Positions 1 to 10,865 of a stretch of 64,000 nucleotides of DNA are shown piece after piece. Source of the stretch: Ignavibacteria bacterium (GTDB lineage: Bacteria > Bacteroidota > Ignavibacteria > Tepidaquicellales > Tepidaquicellaceae); assembly GCA_026417495.1 (NCBI GenBank), contig JAOADD010000017.1, positions 17,911-81,910 on the forward strand, given 5' to 3'. How positions within the stretch are numbered: position 1 is the first letter of the stretch; each line of letters begins with the position of its first letter. The notes beneath the pieces are model-generated. The model saw only the letters and a list, made by a program, of their open reading frames with translations. It had not been told where the DNA came from and did not search any database. The position numbers were made by a program, and so were the translations under genes.

Positions 1-1445
1 TCTTTACTTCTGCTTAGAATATACTCAATGTGCGTATATTCATTATTGTAATTTTCTAAATTCCCTGCCCATGGGTTATGCGGTGGAAGATTTTGTAAAT
101 CAGTTTTTCTTCGGATAAAACTAAATCTGTAATCAACAAAACCACCTGATATTCCTTTATTCCATATTGTGTAATAGTTATGATAATGAATGAATATAGG
201 ACGCTCTCTAAAATAAGGGTCAAAGAATAAACCATAAACTTTATCTGTATCTTTTAAACCATTAAAAATTTCAGGAGTAAAATTTTTACAGGTTTTATTA
301 AAAGAAATGAAATATTCAAATACCATTAGGTTAAATAGCAATAAGGTTGTTATAAGTATTGTATGTAATCTTAAGATATATTTTTCCTGCATTACAATCT
401 TACTAAATAATGCTATTAACCCTAACCAAATAAAAATTGAAAACCTTTGGTATATAATATTCTGTCCTGGCATATCTTCGGGTAGAATAAAATACAGAAC
501 AGTGGAAATTATAATAAAAACTTTAATAATATAATCCGCTTTATCGCTCCTGTTGATTTTGGTTTTGAACTTTTTATTATATAATATTCTAAATATAAAA
601 GGTAAAAATAAAACAAATGAAATTATTGCTGCAACTATGCTTCCGTAAGGTTCTTTATACCAATGATAATTATCATTTATGAAAATTATCTGAATTCTTT
701 TAAGTATACTAATTGGGTAATAATGGAAATAATAATTCACTAAGTAATCTTTTAAATCTATATACGCATCATTAGAATCTAATTTATATACAAAATACAT
801 CAAGATTAACACAAGAAATATTCCGAAAAAATTTAATAAAGAAAATCTTAAATTATATTTAAAATATGAAATGGATATTATTGAATAAAAAAGTAGGAAA
901 AATAATGCTGCTTGAAAATGAGTAAAAAAAATTAGAAGTATAAATAGAAAATTTATAGGTATGTAATATAATTTAAACTCTTTGAATTGAATTATAATAA
1001 ATATTATCCCCAATATTATAACTGGAATTGAAAACACATAATCTGTAAATCCCCAGTGACAATTGTGATTATAAATAAAAAGAAATGAAAATAAAGTAAA
1101 CCAAACATTCCCCTTAATATACTTTATTAATAAATAAACTGATAAAGGAAGTAATATTATATATATTACAAAAAATACTTTACTCCCAAGTTCTACATCA
1201 TTAAAAATTGGACTACTAACAAAAATTGTATATAAAATATTCGATTTAAAAACATTTGGTATATAATAGTAATGGGAAAAGATATAATTGGGATTATCAA
1301 TATATTTATAAATAGTAGCAACCGCTAAACGGAATGGTAAATCAATAAAAGGTAGAAGTCTTATTGATAAAATTAGGACTACATTTAAAAGTGATAATAC
1401 TATTAAAAATATGTAAAATGATTTTTTACTTTTAATAGAACTCAT
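1..1445 (-). CDS. polytopic integral membrane protein, 3'-partial (continues past window start); possibly GT-C-like glycosyltransferase/ligase
   Basis: Absent from the ORF track because no stop lies in the window. Manual translation of the minus strand from ATG at 1445 (MSSIKSKKSFYIFLIVLSLLNVV...) stays open for 481 codons to position 1. It has many helix-length hydrophobic segments, then a polar Trp/Tyr-rich tail. Confidence 0.6.
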   Translation of the reverse strand, partial: MSSIKSKKSFYIFLIVLSLLNVVLILSIRLLPFIDLPFRLAVATIYKYIDNPNYIFSHYYYIPNVFKSNILYTIFVSSPIFNDVELGSKVFFVIYIILLPLSVYLLIKYIKGNVWFTLFSFLFIYNHNCHWGFTDYVFSIPVIILGIIFIIIQFKEFKLYYIPINFLFILLIFFTHFQAALFFLLFYSIISISYFKYNLRFSLLNFFGIFLVLILMYFVYKLDSNDAYIDLKDYLVNYYFHYYPISILKRIQIIFINDNYHWYKEPYGSIVAAIISFVLFLPFIFRILYNKKFKTKINRSDKADYIIKVFIIISTVLYFILPEDMPGQNIIYQRFSIFIWLGLIALFSKIVMQEKYILRLHTILITTLLLFNLMVFEYFISFNKTCKNFTPEIFNGLKDTDKVYGLFFDPYFRERPIFIHYHNYYTIWNKGISGGFVDYRFSFIRRKTDLQNLPPHNPWAGNLENYNNEYTHIEYILSRSK

Positions 1446-1874
1446 TAAATATTTAATCATACACAATATTTTTCTTAATATATAAATTACCTGATCTGTA
1501 CATTTAAATCCTTTAATTAAAATACAATTATTTTTAATATTTTTAAATTAATATACTTAATATAATGAGATTTATTAAGTAATCCTAAACTTTTAAAAAC
1601 TGAAATTTTAGTTGGGTATTTAATTTTTTTAAAAAAGAGAAGGTGATTTTATAAAAGATTCTTACACTTTAATTATTCATTCGCAACTTTAATTTTTTGA
1701 ATATATTGTTTAATAATTCTTTAATGCGTATTTAGATTTAGTGTGAATAAAAGGATTAAATAAATTTTTTATCTATTTCGTTTCAAATATAACAGAACTT
1801 ATTTAGGTCAATAGAAGTTAATTTCTATTAATCGTAGACATATAATCATCTCTTTTAATACAAAAATCAATAAA

Positions 1875-4727
1875 TTATTTCTCTGTATATGGTGCCGTGC
1901 AAACAAGATTTCTATCACCATAAGCATCGTTAATTCTACTAACTGAAGGCCAGAATTTATTTCTTTTTAGATTTTCTACAGGGAATGCAGCTTTCATTCT
2001 ACTATATGGATGCTTCCATTCATCAGAAGATATTTCTATCGCTGTATGAGGTGCGTTCTTTAATAAGTTATCATCATCACTTACTTTTCCTTCTTCTATT
2101 TCTTGTATCTCCTTTCTAATAGAAATCATTGCATCACAGAATCTATCAAGTTCATATTTTGATTCACTTTCTGTAGGTTCTACCATCAAAGTACCTGGAA
2201 CTGGGAAGGAAACAGTTGGAGCATGAAATCCGTAATCCATTAATCTTTTAGCTACATCAATTGCATCTATTTTTATTTTATGTTTAAAATCTCTTAAATC
2301 AAAAATTAACTCGTGCCCTACCCTACCCTTACTACCAGTATAAAGAACTTTATAATATTTTTCTAACCTACTTTTTATATAATTTGCATTTAGTATTGAA
2401 ACTTTAGTAGCTTTTTTCAAACCTTCCTTACCTGATAAAAGAATATATGCGTAAGAAATTGATAAAATGCCAGCACTTCCATAGGGAGCAGAAGAAACAG
2501 CCTTCAATTTACTGTTGGAATTTGTGAAAAAATGTCCTGGTAAAAACTCTACCAAATGTTCTGCTACTGCTACTGGTCCTTCACCAGGACCACCACCACC
2601 ATGTGGAATTGCAAAGGTTTTATGTAAATTCAAATGACAACAATCAGCCCCAATTTTTGCTGGTGATGTTAATCCAACTTGTGCATTCATATTTGCACCA
2701 TCCATATATACTTGACCACCATATTTGTGAATGATATTACAAATTTCTACAATATTCTCTTCAAATACACCGTGCGTAGATGGATATGTAACCATCAAGG
2801 CAGCAAGATTTTCTTTATTCTCGAAAGCCTTCTTCTCCAAATCTTTTATGTCTATATTCCCGAGCTCATCACATTCAACAACAACTACTTTCATTCCCGC
2901 CATCACAGCGCTTGCAGGATTTGTGCCATGAGCAGAATGAGGTATAAGAACAACATTTCTGTTCTTTTCTCCTTTTGAAATATGGTACTTTCTTATCATC
3001 ATTAAACCAGTGTATTCACCTTGTGCTCCAGAGTTTGGTTGGAATGTAATTCCTTTAAATCCAGTTATTTTGCACAAATACTCACCAAGTTCACTAATTA
3101 ATTGTTGATATCCTTCAGTTTGTTCCTTCGGAGCATATGGATGTATCTCTGTAAATTCAGGATAAGTTACAGCTACCATTTCAACAGCAGCATTTAATTT
3201 CATTGTGCACGAACCAAGTGGTATCATCGAACCAGTTAAGGATAAGTCTTTATTCTCTAAAGACTTGACATACCTCATAAATTCCATTTCGGAATAATAT
3301 TTGTTAAACACAGGATGAGTCAAGAATGTTGAACTTCTTTTTAAGTTTTCAGGATAATTATATTTTATATTTGAATATTCTTCATTCAGATTATAATCAA
3401 TTTCTTTACCAATAAAAATTTCTATTATCTCTTTTATGTCTTCTATCGTTGTTTGTTCATTAATACTAATTCCTATTTTATTATCTATATATCTAAAATT
3501 AACATATTTGTTTTCTGCTCTACTCCTAATTTCTTCAATAACTTTTTGGTTATCAAATTCAAATAATAAAGTGTCAAAGTATAAATTATTTTTCTGATTG
3601 AATCCAAGCTTTTTCAATTTATCGTTTAGAAGTATTGTTAATTTATGAATTCTATCCGCAATTGCAGTTAAACCACAGGGTCCATGATAAATCGCATACA
3701 TAGCTGCAATTATTGCTAACAGAACTTGAGAGGTGCAAATATTACTCGTTGCTTTCTCTCTTTTAATATGTTGTTCTCTGGTTTGGAGAGCCATTCTATA
3801 TGCAATATTGTTAAACTTATCAATAGAAACACCAATGATTCTTCCTGGTAAAAATCTTTTAAATTCATCTTTAGCGGCAAAATATGCTGCATGAGGACCT
3901 CCAAACATCATTGGAACTCCAAATCTCTGAGTACTACCCACTGCAACATCAGAACCGAATTCACCAGGGGGTGTTAATAGAATAAGTGACATTATATCTG
4001 CTGCAGTAATAGTATAAATACCTTTACTATGTGCAATTTCAAAAAATTGTTTGTAATCATTTACTTCTCCATTTAAATCAGGATATTGAACGATAACAGC
4101 AAAATAATTTTCATTCAACTGTACTTTATTTATATCTCCTATTTCTACTTCAATTCCTAATGGTTCTGCTCTTGTTAAAATGACATCTATAGTTTGTGGA
4201 AAACATTTATTTGAAACAAAAAATTTAGTTGCATTTTTATTCTTTTTTACATTATTACACATAATCATGGCTTCGGCAGCCGCTGTTCCTTCATCTAATA
4301 ACGATGCATTAGCAATAGGTAATTTTGTTAGGTCAACAATCATAGTCTGAAAGTTAATAAGTGCTTCCAATCTACCTTGTGATATTTCTGCTTGATATGG
4401 TGTATATTGAGTATACCAACCAGGATTTTCCAAAATATTCCTTTGAATTGCTTTTGGTAAAATTGTTGGATAATATCCAAGTCCTTGATATGATTTAAAT
4501 ATTTTATTTTTTGAAGCTATCTCTTTTATTTTTTTCAGATAATCAAATTCACTTAACTGTTCAGGTAACTCTAATTCATTATCCAACCTTATCTCTTTTG
4601 GAATTGTTTGGTCAATTAATTCGTCGAGAGAATTTACCCCCACAGTTTCGCACATTTCTTTAATTTCAAAATCGCCAGGTCCTATATGGCGGTCTATGAA
4701 CTTATCGTGAAATTCAAATTTATCCAT
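1875..4727 (-). CDS. gcvP: glycine dehydrogenase (decarboxylating), single-chain P-protein of the glycine cleavage system
   Basis: About 950 aa from the internal Met [18 protein letters not shown] (ATG at 4727). It carries the PLP-lysine motif [20 protein letters not shown]. The 68 codons upstream in the ORF track overlap hisS and look non-coding. Confidence 0.93.
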   Translation of the reverse strand: MDKFEFHDKFIDRHIGPGDFEIKEMCETVGVNSLDELIDQTIPKEIRLDNELELPEQLSEFDYLKKIKEIASKNKIFKSYQGLGYYPTILPKAIQRNILENPGWYTQYTPYQAEISQGRLEALINFQTMIVDLTKLPIANASLLDEGTAAAEAMIMCNNVKKNKNATKFFVSNKCFPQTIDVILTRAEPLGIEVEIGDINKVQLNENYFAVIVQYPDLNGEVNDYKQFFEIAHSKGIYTITAADIMSLILLTPPGEFGSDVAVGSTQRFGVPMMFGGPHAAYFAAKDEFKRFLPGRIIGVSIDKFNNIAYRMALQTREQHIKREKATSNICTSQVLLAIIAAMYAIYHGPCGLTAIADRIHKLTILLNDKLKKLGFNQKNNLYFDTLLFEFDNQKVIEEIRSRAENKYVNFRYIDNKIGISINEQTTIEDIKEIIEIFIGKEIDYNLNEEYSNIKYNYPENLKRSSTFLTHPVFNKYYSEMEFMRYVKSLENKDLSLTGSMIPLGSCTMKLNAAVEMVAVTYPEFTEIHPYAPKEQTEGYQQLISELGEYLCKITGFKGITFQPNSGAQGEYTGLMMIRKYHISKGEKNRNVVLIPHSAHGTNPASAVMAGMKVVVVECDELGNIDIKDLEKKAFENKENLAALMVTYPSTHGVFEENIVEICNIIHKYGGQVYMDGANMNAQVGLTSPAKIGADCCHLNLHKTFAIPHGGGGPGEGPVAVAEHLVEFLPGHFFTNSNSKLKAVSSAPYGSAGILSISYAYILLSGKEGLKKATKVSILNANYIKSRLEKYYKVLYTGSKGRVGHELIFDLRDFKHKIKIDAIDVAKRLMDYGFHAPTVSFPVPGTLMVEPTESESKYELDRFCDAMISIRKEIQEIEEGKVSDDDNLLKNAPHTAIEISSDEWKHPYSRMKAAFPVENLKRNKFWPSVSRINDAYGDRNLVCTAPYTEK

Positions 4728-4866
4728 AATTAACAAATTTTTAATTAATAAATATTCTTCAAATATAAGACTAATTAACTGTAAACTAAATTCAAAAATA
4801 TTGGTTATTATCTTAATATTTTTGGCTTTAATCTGTATAACTAAATGATTATTTTTAAAATAATTT

Positions 4867-6129
4867 ATGAAAAAAGAACTTATAAGAAAACCCACAGGAA
4901 CAAATGATTTACTACCTGACGAATGTTTCAAAAGAAGACATATAGAAAATATATTGGTTAATTTTTTTTCTTGTTATAATTATAAAGAAATTAGAACACC
5001 TACTTTTGAAAAAACCGAACTTTTCAAGCGTGGTATTGGGGATTACACTGATGTCGTATCGAAGGAAATGTATTCATTTCATAATAATGAATTTACTTTA
5101 AAACCAGAAATGACTGCTCCTGTAATTCGTGCATATCTTGAGAATAATCTTGATAATCTACCTGGAGTTGTAAAACTATTCTACATTGCAAATATGTATA
5201 GGCACGAAAGACCACAAGCAGGTAGATTTAGAGAGTTTTCACAATTTGGAGCGGAAGCAATAGGTAGTGATAGTTTTTTAATTGACGCTGAAATGATTTC
5301 CTTAGCTGTTAAAATTCTTCAGAAGTTTGGTATAAAAAATATTAAGACAAAAATTAATACTATTGGTACACCAGAAGAGAGAAAAGAATTTTTACAGGAA
5401 TTGAAGAAATATTTACTAAAACATTTTGATTCATTAACCGAAATAAGTAAAACACGATTGGAAAAAAATCCTTTAAGAATTTTAGATACAAAAGAAAAAC
5501 ACGAAATCGAAATCCTAAAATCTGCACCAAAACTTTATGATTATTTGAACAAAAAAACAAAACAACATTTTGAAAATTTACTTTCAGCACTGAGTAATAT
5601 AAATATTCAATATGAAATAGATTATAATTTAGTAAGAGGATTTGATTACTATACATCGACAACATTTGAAATAGTATCGGAAGAGTTAGGTTCACAAAAT
5701 GCTGTCATCGGAGGTGGAAGATATGATAATTTAATTGAGGAATTAGGAGGAAAACCAACCCCAGCAATAGGTTTTGCATGCGGAATTGAAAGATTTATGG
5801 TTCTCATAGAAAAAAGCAATTATAACTACCCAATTGAAAAACCTATAAGTATTTATTTTGTAACTTACGGCGAAAAAGCAAAAGAATATACACTCAGAAC
5901 TATAATTAAATTACGAGATAGAAACTTAATGTGTGACACTGATTTTTTAAATCGGAGTATAAAAGCACAAATGAAAGAAGCAAATAAAATAAATGCAGAA
6001 TATACTATTGTTATTGGAGAAGATGAACTTAATACCAATAAAGCAACAATTAAAAGAATGAAGGATGGAAAAGAATTCGTAATTGACTTAAATCAATTAG
6101 AATATATAAACATTGAAGATTATAAGTAA
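4867..6129 (+). CDS. hisS: histidine--tRNA ligase
   Basis: Class II aaRS motifs [17 protein letters not shown] and GGGRYDNL; length 420 aa. Confidence 0.93.
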   Translation: MKKELIRKPTGTNDLLPDECFKRRHIENILVNFFSCYNYKEIRTPTFEKTELFKRGIGDYTDVVSKEMYSFHNNEFTLKPEMTAPVIRAYLENNLDNLPGVVKLFYIANMYRHERPQAGRFREFSQFGAEAIGSDSFLIDAEMISLAVKILQKFGIKNIKTKINTIGTPEERKEFLQELKKYLLKHFDSLTEISKTRLEKNPLRILDTKEKHEIEILKSAPKLYDYLNKKTKQHFENLLSALSNINIQYEIDYNLVRGFDYYTSTTFEIVSEELGSQNAVIGGGRYDNLIEELGGKPTPAIGFACGIERFMVLIEKSNYNYPIEKPISIYFVTYGEKAKEYTLRTIIKLRDRNLMCDTDFLNRSIKAQMKEANKINAEYTIVIGEDELNTNKATIKRMKDGKEFVIDLNQLEYINIEDYK

Positions 6130-6131
6130 GT

Positions 6132-6542
6132 ATGCGTACAAAGCAGGTAAGAGCACCGAAATTAAAATATGAATATCAATTATTTATTAGTTATGAATAT
6201 GACATTATCCTAAAAAGATATTATATTCTTTTTGATTTCAGAACGGTTAAAATTTTTAGAAATTTTAAATACACAATAAATGTTGAGAAGAATATTTACA
6301 ATGACAAGAGAATTATTGAATTCAATGTAGAAGGATTATCTGCCCCTGTAGTTGACTTTTCCCAATCAGGACATGCTAGTTATACATTTAAATTTTATGA
6401 TTTTCTATATGATACCTATCAATTGAAGTTATTCAGAAATGGTAAGAATCCTATTATTTACAAAATCAATATTTCAATTAATAAAATTACAGTTTTAGAA
6501 GAACCCAAAAAAACATTTTTAGAACTAATAATTAAAGAATAG
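6132..6542 (+). CDS. hypothetical protein (136 aa, no TM or signal peptide)
   Basis: The ATG lies 2 nt after the hisS stop, and lgt starts 5 nt after this ORF's stop, which suggests translational coupling. I recognise no motif. Confidence 0.5.
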   Translation: MRTKQVRAPKLKYEYQLFISYEYDIILKRYYILFDFRTVKIFRNFKYTINVEKNIYNDKRIIEFNVEGLSAPVVDFSQSGHASYTFKFYDFLYDTYQLKLFRNGKNPIIYKINISINKITVLEEPKKTFLELIIKE

Positions 6543-6547
6543 AGAAA

Positions 6548-7369
6548 ATGCACCCAAAGTTATTCGAAATATTCGGTATTCCTGTTTATAGTTATGGATT
6601 AATGTTAGGATTAGCATTTTTAATTGGTAGTTATATTTTCACAAGAGAATTAAGAAGAATGAAGTTAGATGAGAATATTGGCGTTATAATAACAATACTT
6701 GCTATTATTGGAGGAATTGTTGGAGGCAAAATATTTTATCTCCTTGAGGAATGGAATTTTGGTAAAGGTGCTTCAATAAAATCATTACTCAGCTCAGATT
6801 TACTTTCGCCTGCTGGATTAACTTTCTACGGTGGACTGATATTAGCAATCGTTCTTATATATTTTTATGTAAAGTTCAAAAAACTTAACTTCTTACAAAT
6901 AATTGATGCTATGGTACCAGGTGCTACTATTGGTTATGGAATAGCAAGAATTGGTTGTCATCTTTCTGGTGACGGTTGTTATGGAATGCAAGTGAATAAT
7001 ACTTTCTGGGAATTTTTAGGTTGTGAATATTCAAAAGGAATAGTACCAACTACACCAGGTGAACTTGTTCATCCTACCCCATTATATGAATTAGGATATG
7101 CAATAATAATATTTATTATCTTATGGCTAATTAGAAAGAAAACAAAATATTACGGTCAATTATTTTATTACTACTTAATCTTAACGGGAATTGGGAGATT
7201 CCTTGTAGAATTTATCAGGAGAAATCCTAAAGTAATATTAAATCTTTCACAAGCTCAATTAATTTCGATTGTAATGATTATATTAGGTGTATTATTGTTA
7301 ATTTATAATAGAAAGAAAATTTCTTATAAAAATAATACAATCAAACAGGAATCAACTAATACCTTGTAA
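6548..7369 (+). CDS. lgt: phosphatidylglycerol--prolipoprotein diacylglyceryl transferase
   Basis: Multi-TM protein with the Lgt-type motifs GIARIGCHLSGDGCYG and VHPTPLYE. Confidence 0.85.
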   Translation: MHPKLFEIFGIPVYSYGLMLGLAFLIGSYIFTRELRRMKLDENIGVIITILAIIGGIVGGKIFYLLEEWNFGKGASIKSLLSSDLLSPAGLTFYGGLILAIVLIYFYVKFKKLNFLQIIDAMVPGATIGYGIARIGCHLSGDGCYGMQVNNTFWEFLGCEYSKGIVPTTPGELVHPTPLYELGYAIIIFIILWLIRKKTKYYGQLFYYYLILTGIGRFLVEFIRRNPKVILNLSQAQLISIVMIILGVLLLIYNRKKISYKNNTIKQESTNTL

Positions 7370-7423
7370 AAAAAAAAGATAAAAATTATTTTTAAAAATT
7401 TATTTGAAAATTATTAATTTCAT

Positions 7424-7579
7424 ATGAAAAGAACATACCAACCCAGTAATAGAAAAAGGAAAAATAAACACGGTTTTCGAAACCGTATGTCTTCCAAAAA
7501 TGGTAGAAAAGTATTAGCAAGAAGAAGAAAAAAAGGGCGAAAAAAACTCACTGTAAGTGATGAATTTACACGTAAGTAA
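7424..7579 (+). CDS. rpmH: 50S ribosomal protein L34
   Basis: Not in the ORF track. Manual translation gives [51 protein letters not shown], the canonical L34 signature [14 protein letters not shown]. It sits directly upstream of rnpA, as in most bacteria. Confidence 0.95.
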   Translation: MKRTYQPSNRKRKNKHGFRNRMSSKNGRKVLARRRKKGRKKLTVSDEFTRK

Positions 7580-7594
7580 CATCACATAATCAAA

Positions 7595-8044
7595 GTGGAT
7601 ATAAATTACAAACTTCCTAAAAAAGAAATATTAAGAGGATTTAGAATATATAGCAAAATATTACATTCCTCAATTAATTTTTCATGTAACAATGTCAGAG
7701 TTTTTTTCAAAATTGAAAAAGATGAAGATAAAATAAATAAAACTCCTAAATTTAGAGGTTCACCAATTAAGTTCGGAATTTTAATTTCTAGAAAAAAAAT
7801 ACCTAAAGCAGTTAAAAGAAATCGACTTAAGAGATTAATTAGAGAAGCATACAGATTGAACAAGAACATTCTCAGTGGTCTATTAGCAAATGATATGAAA
7901 CTTTCAATGATATTTTCTCTTACAGATATCGGTTATGAACGGTTCATTAATACGAAAAATTTTAAATTACAGCTAATATTAGAAGATATCCAATTTTTGT
8001 TAAAGAAAATAAAAAAATATTTAAATAAAGAATTAATTGATTAG
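7595..8044 (+). CDS. rnpA: ribonuclease P protein component
   Basis: GTG start; RNR-type basic motif [17 protein letters not shown]; position between rpmH and yidD. Confidence 0.85.
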   Translation: MDINYKLPKKEILRGFRIYSKILHSSINFSCNNVRVFFKIEKDEDKINKTPKFRGSPIKFGILISRKKIPKAVKRNRLKRLIREAYRLNKNILSGLLANDMKLSMIFSLTDIGYERFINTKNFKLQLILEDIQFLLKKIKKYLNKELID

Positions 8045-8264
8045 ATATATATTTATAAAGTTAATAAGGTTATATCAAATTTTAATTTCACCAATACTTC
8101 CCCCATCATGCAAATTCGAACCAACTTGCTCAAATTACTTTATTGATGCTTTGGAAGAATATGGTGCTTTAAAAGGATCAATCTTAGGGATTAAGAGAAT
8201 TTTTAGATGCAATCCTTTTTCTAAAGGAGGATATGATCCCGTACCTAAAAAGAATTTTAAATGA
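8037..8264 (+). CDS. yidD: membrane protein insertion efficiency factor YidD
   Basis: TTG start overlapping the rnpA stop; motif [11 protein letters not shown]...[10 protein letters not shown]...[14 protein letters not shown]. Confidence 0.9.
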   Translation: MIRYIFIKLIRLYQILISPILPPSCKFEPTCSNYFIDALEEYGALKGSILGIKRIFRCNPFSKGGYDPVPKKNFK

Positions 8265-8280
8265 ATAATTAAATTTTATT

Positions 8281-10149
8281 ATGGACAAAAAATCAATTAT
8301 TGGTTTTATTTTAATAGGAGTAATATTAATCGTATGGGTATATATAATGTCCCAACAAAAACCTAAACCTCAAATTGATAAACCAAAAACAGAAATCACA
8401 CAAAAAGATTCCTTAAAACAAGATACAGTAAAAAAAGATAGTTTAAAAAGTGAAGTTAAAAAAGATACACTTGATATAAATGCTAAATTGCTGGAAAAAT
8501 ATGGTAAACTATTTTTCAATTTATCAGTTGAATATTCAAAAGCAGATTCAAATGCTATAGGTGAGAAAATCATAATTGTTGAAAATGACAAGGTTTATAT
8601 GGAGTTTACAAATTATGGTGGTGCACTTAGAAAGTATATTGTAAAAGGTTTTAAAAAGTGGGACGGTGATATAATCCAATTAATTGATTGGAATGCTCAG
8701 AAAGAGTTAAGTCTATTCTTTACATCTAAAGATGGAAAAAATATTCATTCAAAAGATTTAGTCTTCACTTGTAATTATAATCCATGGCAGAAAGTTAATA
8801 TTGAAAACGAAAAGGAATTCAAATTAATATATAGTCTAATAATTAACTCAGATAGCTCACAAGTTATAAGAAAGATATATACATTTAATCCTTCCTCATA
8901 TGAGTTCGATGTAAAATATGAACTTTTAAATTCTGATAAATATATCTCTAATGATTATTATGAAGTAACTTGGGGTTCCTCATTAAATTTAACCGAATAT
9001 CGAAGTGATGAAGAAGCTACTTTTGCCGAAGCCTACGCATATATGGGAGGTGAAATAACTACCTTAACAGCAGAGAGATTTGATTCATACAATGAGAAAA
9101 AGATTTCTGGTTCAACTGATTATGTTTCATCAAGAAATAAATACTTTGGCGTCTTCATCATACCACTATCCCGAAAAGGTGACGGAGCATTTTTACGTGG
9201 GAAAAAAGAAAAGCTTAAAGATGAAGGTGTAAGAAATATGTACGAAATTGCTGTAAGGATGGATATTAAAAATGAGAAATTAGATACCGCTTCATTTCAG
9301 ATAATAATAACTCCAATTGACTATAAAATATTAAAATCATATAACAAAGAGTTGGAACTTACAATGAGGTTCCCATTAGACTTCATTGTAAGACCTATTG
9401 CACAATATTTCATCATACCTTTTTTCTTATTCTTACACAGTTTTATTCCAAATTATGGAATAGTAATAATAATATTTGCTATTGTTTTAAAAATACTACT
9501 GAATCCTTTGACCAAAAAGCAAATGGAGTCGATGAAAAGAATGGGAAAACTCAGTCCTAAGATAAATAAAATAAGAGAAAAATATAAAGATGACCCGAAC
9601 AAAGCCAATGCCCAAATAATGAAATTATATAGAGAAGAAAAAATTAATCCTGCAGGAGGATGTTTACCACTTTTATTACAGTTACCCATTCTTTACGCAC
9701 TCTTTGCAGTTTTTAGATCAACAATAGAATTAAGACAAGCATATTTCTTTTGGTGGATAAAGGATTTATCAACACCCGATGTAATTCTTACATTACCTTT
9801 CAAGATTCCAATTTTCGGTATTAATCAAATAGCTGGTGTTGCTACCTTAATGGGTATAACAATGTTTATTCAGCAAAAAATGACAGTAACGGATCCTAAA
9901 CAAAAGATGATGGTTTATTTAATGCCAATACTTCTTACATTTTTATTTTATAGTTTTCCCGCTGGTTTGAACTTGTACTATTTTGTATTCAATTTACTTT
10001 CAATAGGTCAACAGATATATAACACAAAATTCAAAAAAGAAGAACCTGAAGAGGAAAAACCAAAAAATGAATTGAAGAAAAAGAAATCTTTTATGGATAG
10101 AGTATCTGAATATGCAGAGAAAAAAGCTAAACAAACCCGCCGAAGATAA
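8281..10149 (+). CDS. yidC: membrane protein insertase YidC
   Basis: 622 aa with an N-terminal TM and a large periplasmic domain. The C-terminal 60-kDa insertase core includes PLTKKQMESMKRM...MKLYREEKINPAGGCLPLLLQLPI. Confidence 0.93.
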   Translation: MDKKSIIGFILIGVILIVWVYIMSQQKPKPQIDKPKTEITQKDSLKQDTVKKDSLKSEVKKDTLDINAKLLEKYGKLFFNLSVEYSKADSNAIGEKIIIVENDKVYMEFTNYGGALRKYIVKGFKKWDGDIIQLIDWNAQKELSLFFTSKDGKNIHSKDLVFTCNYNPWQKVNIENEKEFKLIYSLIINSDSSQVIRKIYTFNPSSYEFDVKYELLNSDKYISNDYYEVTWGSSLNLTEYRSDEEATFAEAYAYMGGEITTLTAERFDSYNEKKISGSTDYVSSRNKYFGVFIIPLSRKGDGAFLRGKKEKLKDEGVRNMYEIAVRMDIKNEKLDTASFQIIITPIDYKILKSYNKELELTMRFPLDFIVRPIAQYFIIPFFLFLHSFIPNYGIVIIIFAIVLKILLNPLTKKQMESMKRMGKLSPKINKIREKYKDDPNKANAQIMKLYREEKINPAGGCLPLLLQLPILYALFAVFRSTIELRQAYFFWWIKDLSTPDVILTLPFKIPIFGINQIAGVATLMGITMFIQQKMTVTDPKQKMMVYLMPILLTFLFYSFPAGLNLYYFVFNLLSIGQQIYNTKFKKEEPEEEKPKNELKKKKSFMDRVSEYAEKKAKQTRRR

Positions 10150-10158
10150 TCAAATTTG

Positions 10159-10513
10159 TGGAAATGCCGAGAGTCGAACTCGGGTCCGGGATGAAGCCGA
10201 TTAAAACATCTACATATTTAGTTTGTTATTAAATCTCGTGATTAGCAGGTTAACAAACAAACCCACATAATCACCAGTCCAATAAAATTTCATCCATTGA
10301 TACTGGACTTATCAATGGACTATCCTGCCTTTGCGACATTTTATCACATCCCGGCAGGATTGGGAGCGTGATAAAATGGGTTGCTTAGTTTTTATTAAGC
10401 AGCCATTGCGTAGTTATCGGCATTTATTTTTTTACGACCTTTTTTAAGTGTTGGTCGCAAACACTATATGCAGTTTTAATCCTCTTACATCCCGTCGAAA
10501 CCGTTGCATTCCC
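10159..10513 (-). ncRNA. ssrA: transfer-messenger RNA (tmRNA, SsrA)
   Basis: Minus strand reads 5'-GGGAATGCAACGGTTTCGACGGGA...GGACCCGAGTTCGACTCTCGGCATTTCCA-3'. The acceptor stem GGGAATG/CATTTCC carries the G3:U alanine identity pair, and a T-arm GAGTTCGACTCTC is present. The internal tag frame GCC GAT AAC TAC GCA ATG GCT GCT TAA TAA (10421->10392) encodes ADNYAMAA and follows an A-rich ...AAAAAAATAAAT leader. Confidence 0.92.
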
Positions 10514-10518
10514 AATCT

Positions 10519-10842
10519 TTAATACGTTTGTATATTTGAACTTGTTCCCGTTGTTATATCTTCTTTCTTATCTTCTACTGGTACATCAATAGTCTTTATT
10601 GTAGTATCTTTTTTCTTAATAGAAATAATAATACCTACTGGTATTATAACGCAATAACCCAAGACGAGCAAAATAGGAGCTAAAACTGTTGGGAAAAAAC
10701 CATCAACAGAATTCTCTGATAAAAAAATATAACCAATAATAATTACCAAAATACCCAAACCAATTATTGCAAGATTATATATATTAAGATTTAAATTAAT
10801 ATAATCTTTCTTTTTCTTAGTCTTTTTAATAACTTTTGCCAT
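10519..10842 (-). CDS. small two-TM membrane protein (DUF3098-like by recollection)
   Basis: Basic N-terminus, two hydrophobic helices (LAIIGLGILVIIIGYIFL and VLAPILLVLGYCVIIPVGIII) and a polar tail. Confidence 0.5.
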   Translation of the reverse strand: MAKVIKKTKKKKDYINLNLNIYNLAIIGLGILVIIIGYIFLSENSVDGFFPTVLAPILLVLGYCVIIPVGIIISIKKKDTTIKTIDVPVEDKKEDITTGTSSNIQTY

Positions 10843-10865
10843 AATATATAATCATAATAAATTTT

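Noticed and set aside
307-534. 75-aa plus-strand ORF from the track
   Set aside because: It lies antisense inside the long open minus-strand membrane-protein frame (1-1445). Its low-complexity Ile/Asn/Lys composition fits an AT-rich antisense artefact.
2913-2928. Sigma-54-like promoter (minus strand TGGCAC-AAATC-CTGCA)
   Set aside because: The -24 match is good and the spacing is correct. However, it lies deep inside the gcvP coding sequence with no downstream gene to drive, so it is most likely a chance match.
4728-4866. Possible glycine riboswitch upstream of gcvP
   Set aside because: The 139-nt divergent spacer is almost pure A/T. It lacks the GGAGAG...CACCG-type conserved cores, so no paired structure is plausible.
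4728-4931. N-terminal 68 codons of the 1018-aa gcvP ORF, overlapping hisS
   Set aside because: The conserved GcvP N-terminus begins at the internal Met ([21 protein letters not shown] at 4727). The upstream part is hydrophobic junk and would overlap the divergent hisS start.
7593-7601. DnaA-box-like sequence near rpmH/rnpA, suggesting oriC
   Set aside because: It is a single imperfect box overlapping the rnpA start. There is no cluster of boxes, no AT-rich unwinding element distinct from the background, and no dnaA gene.
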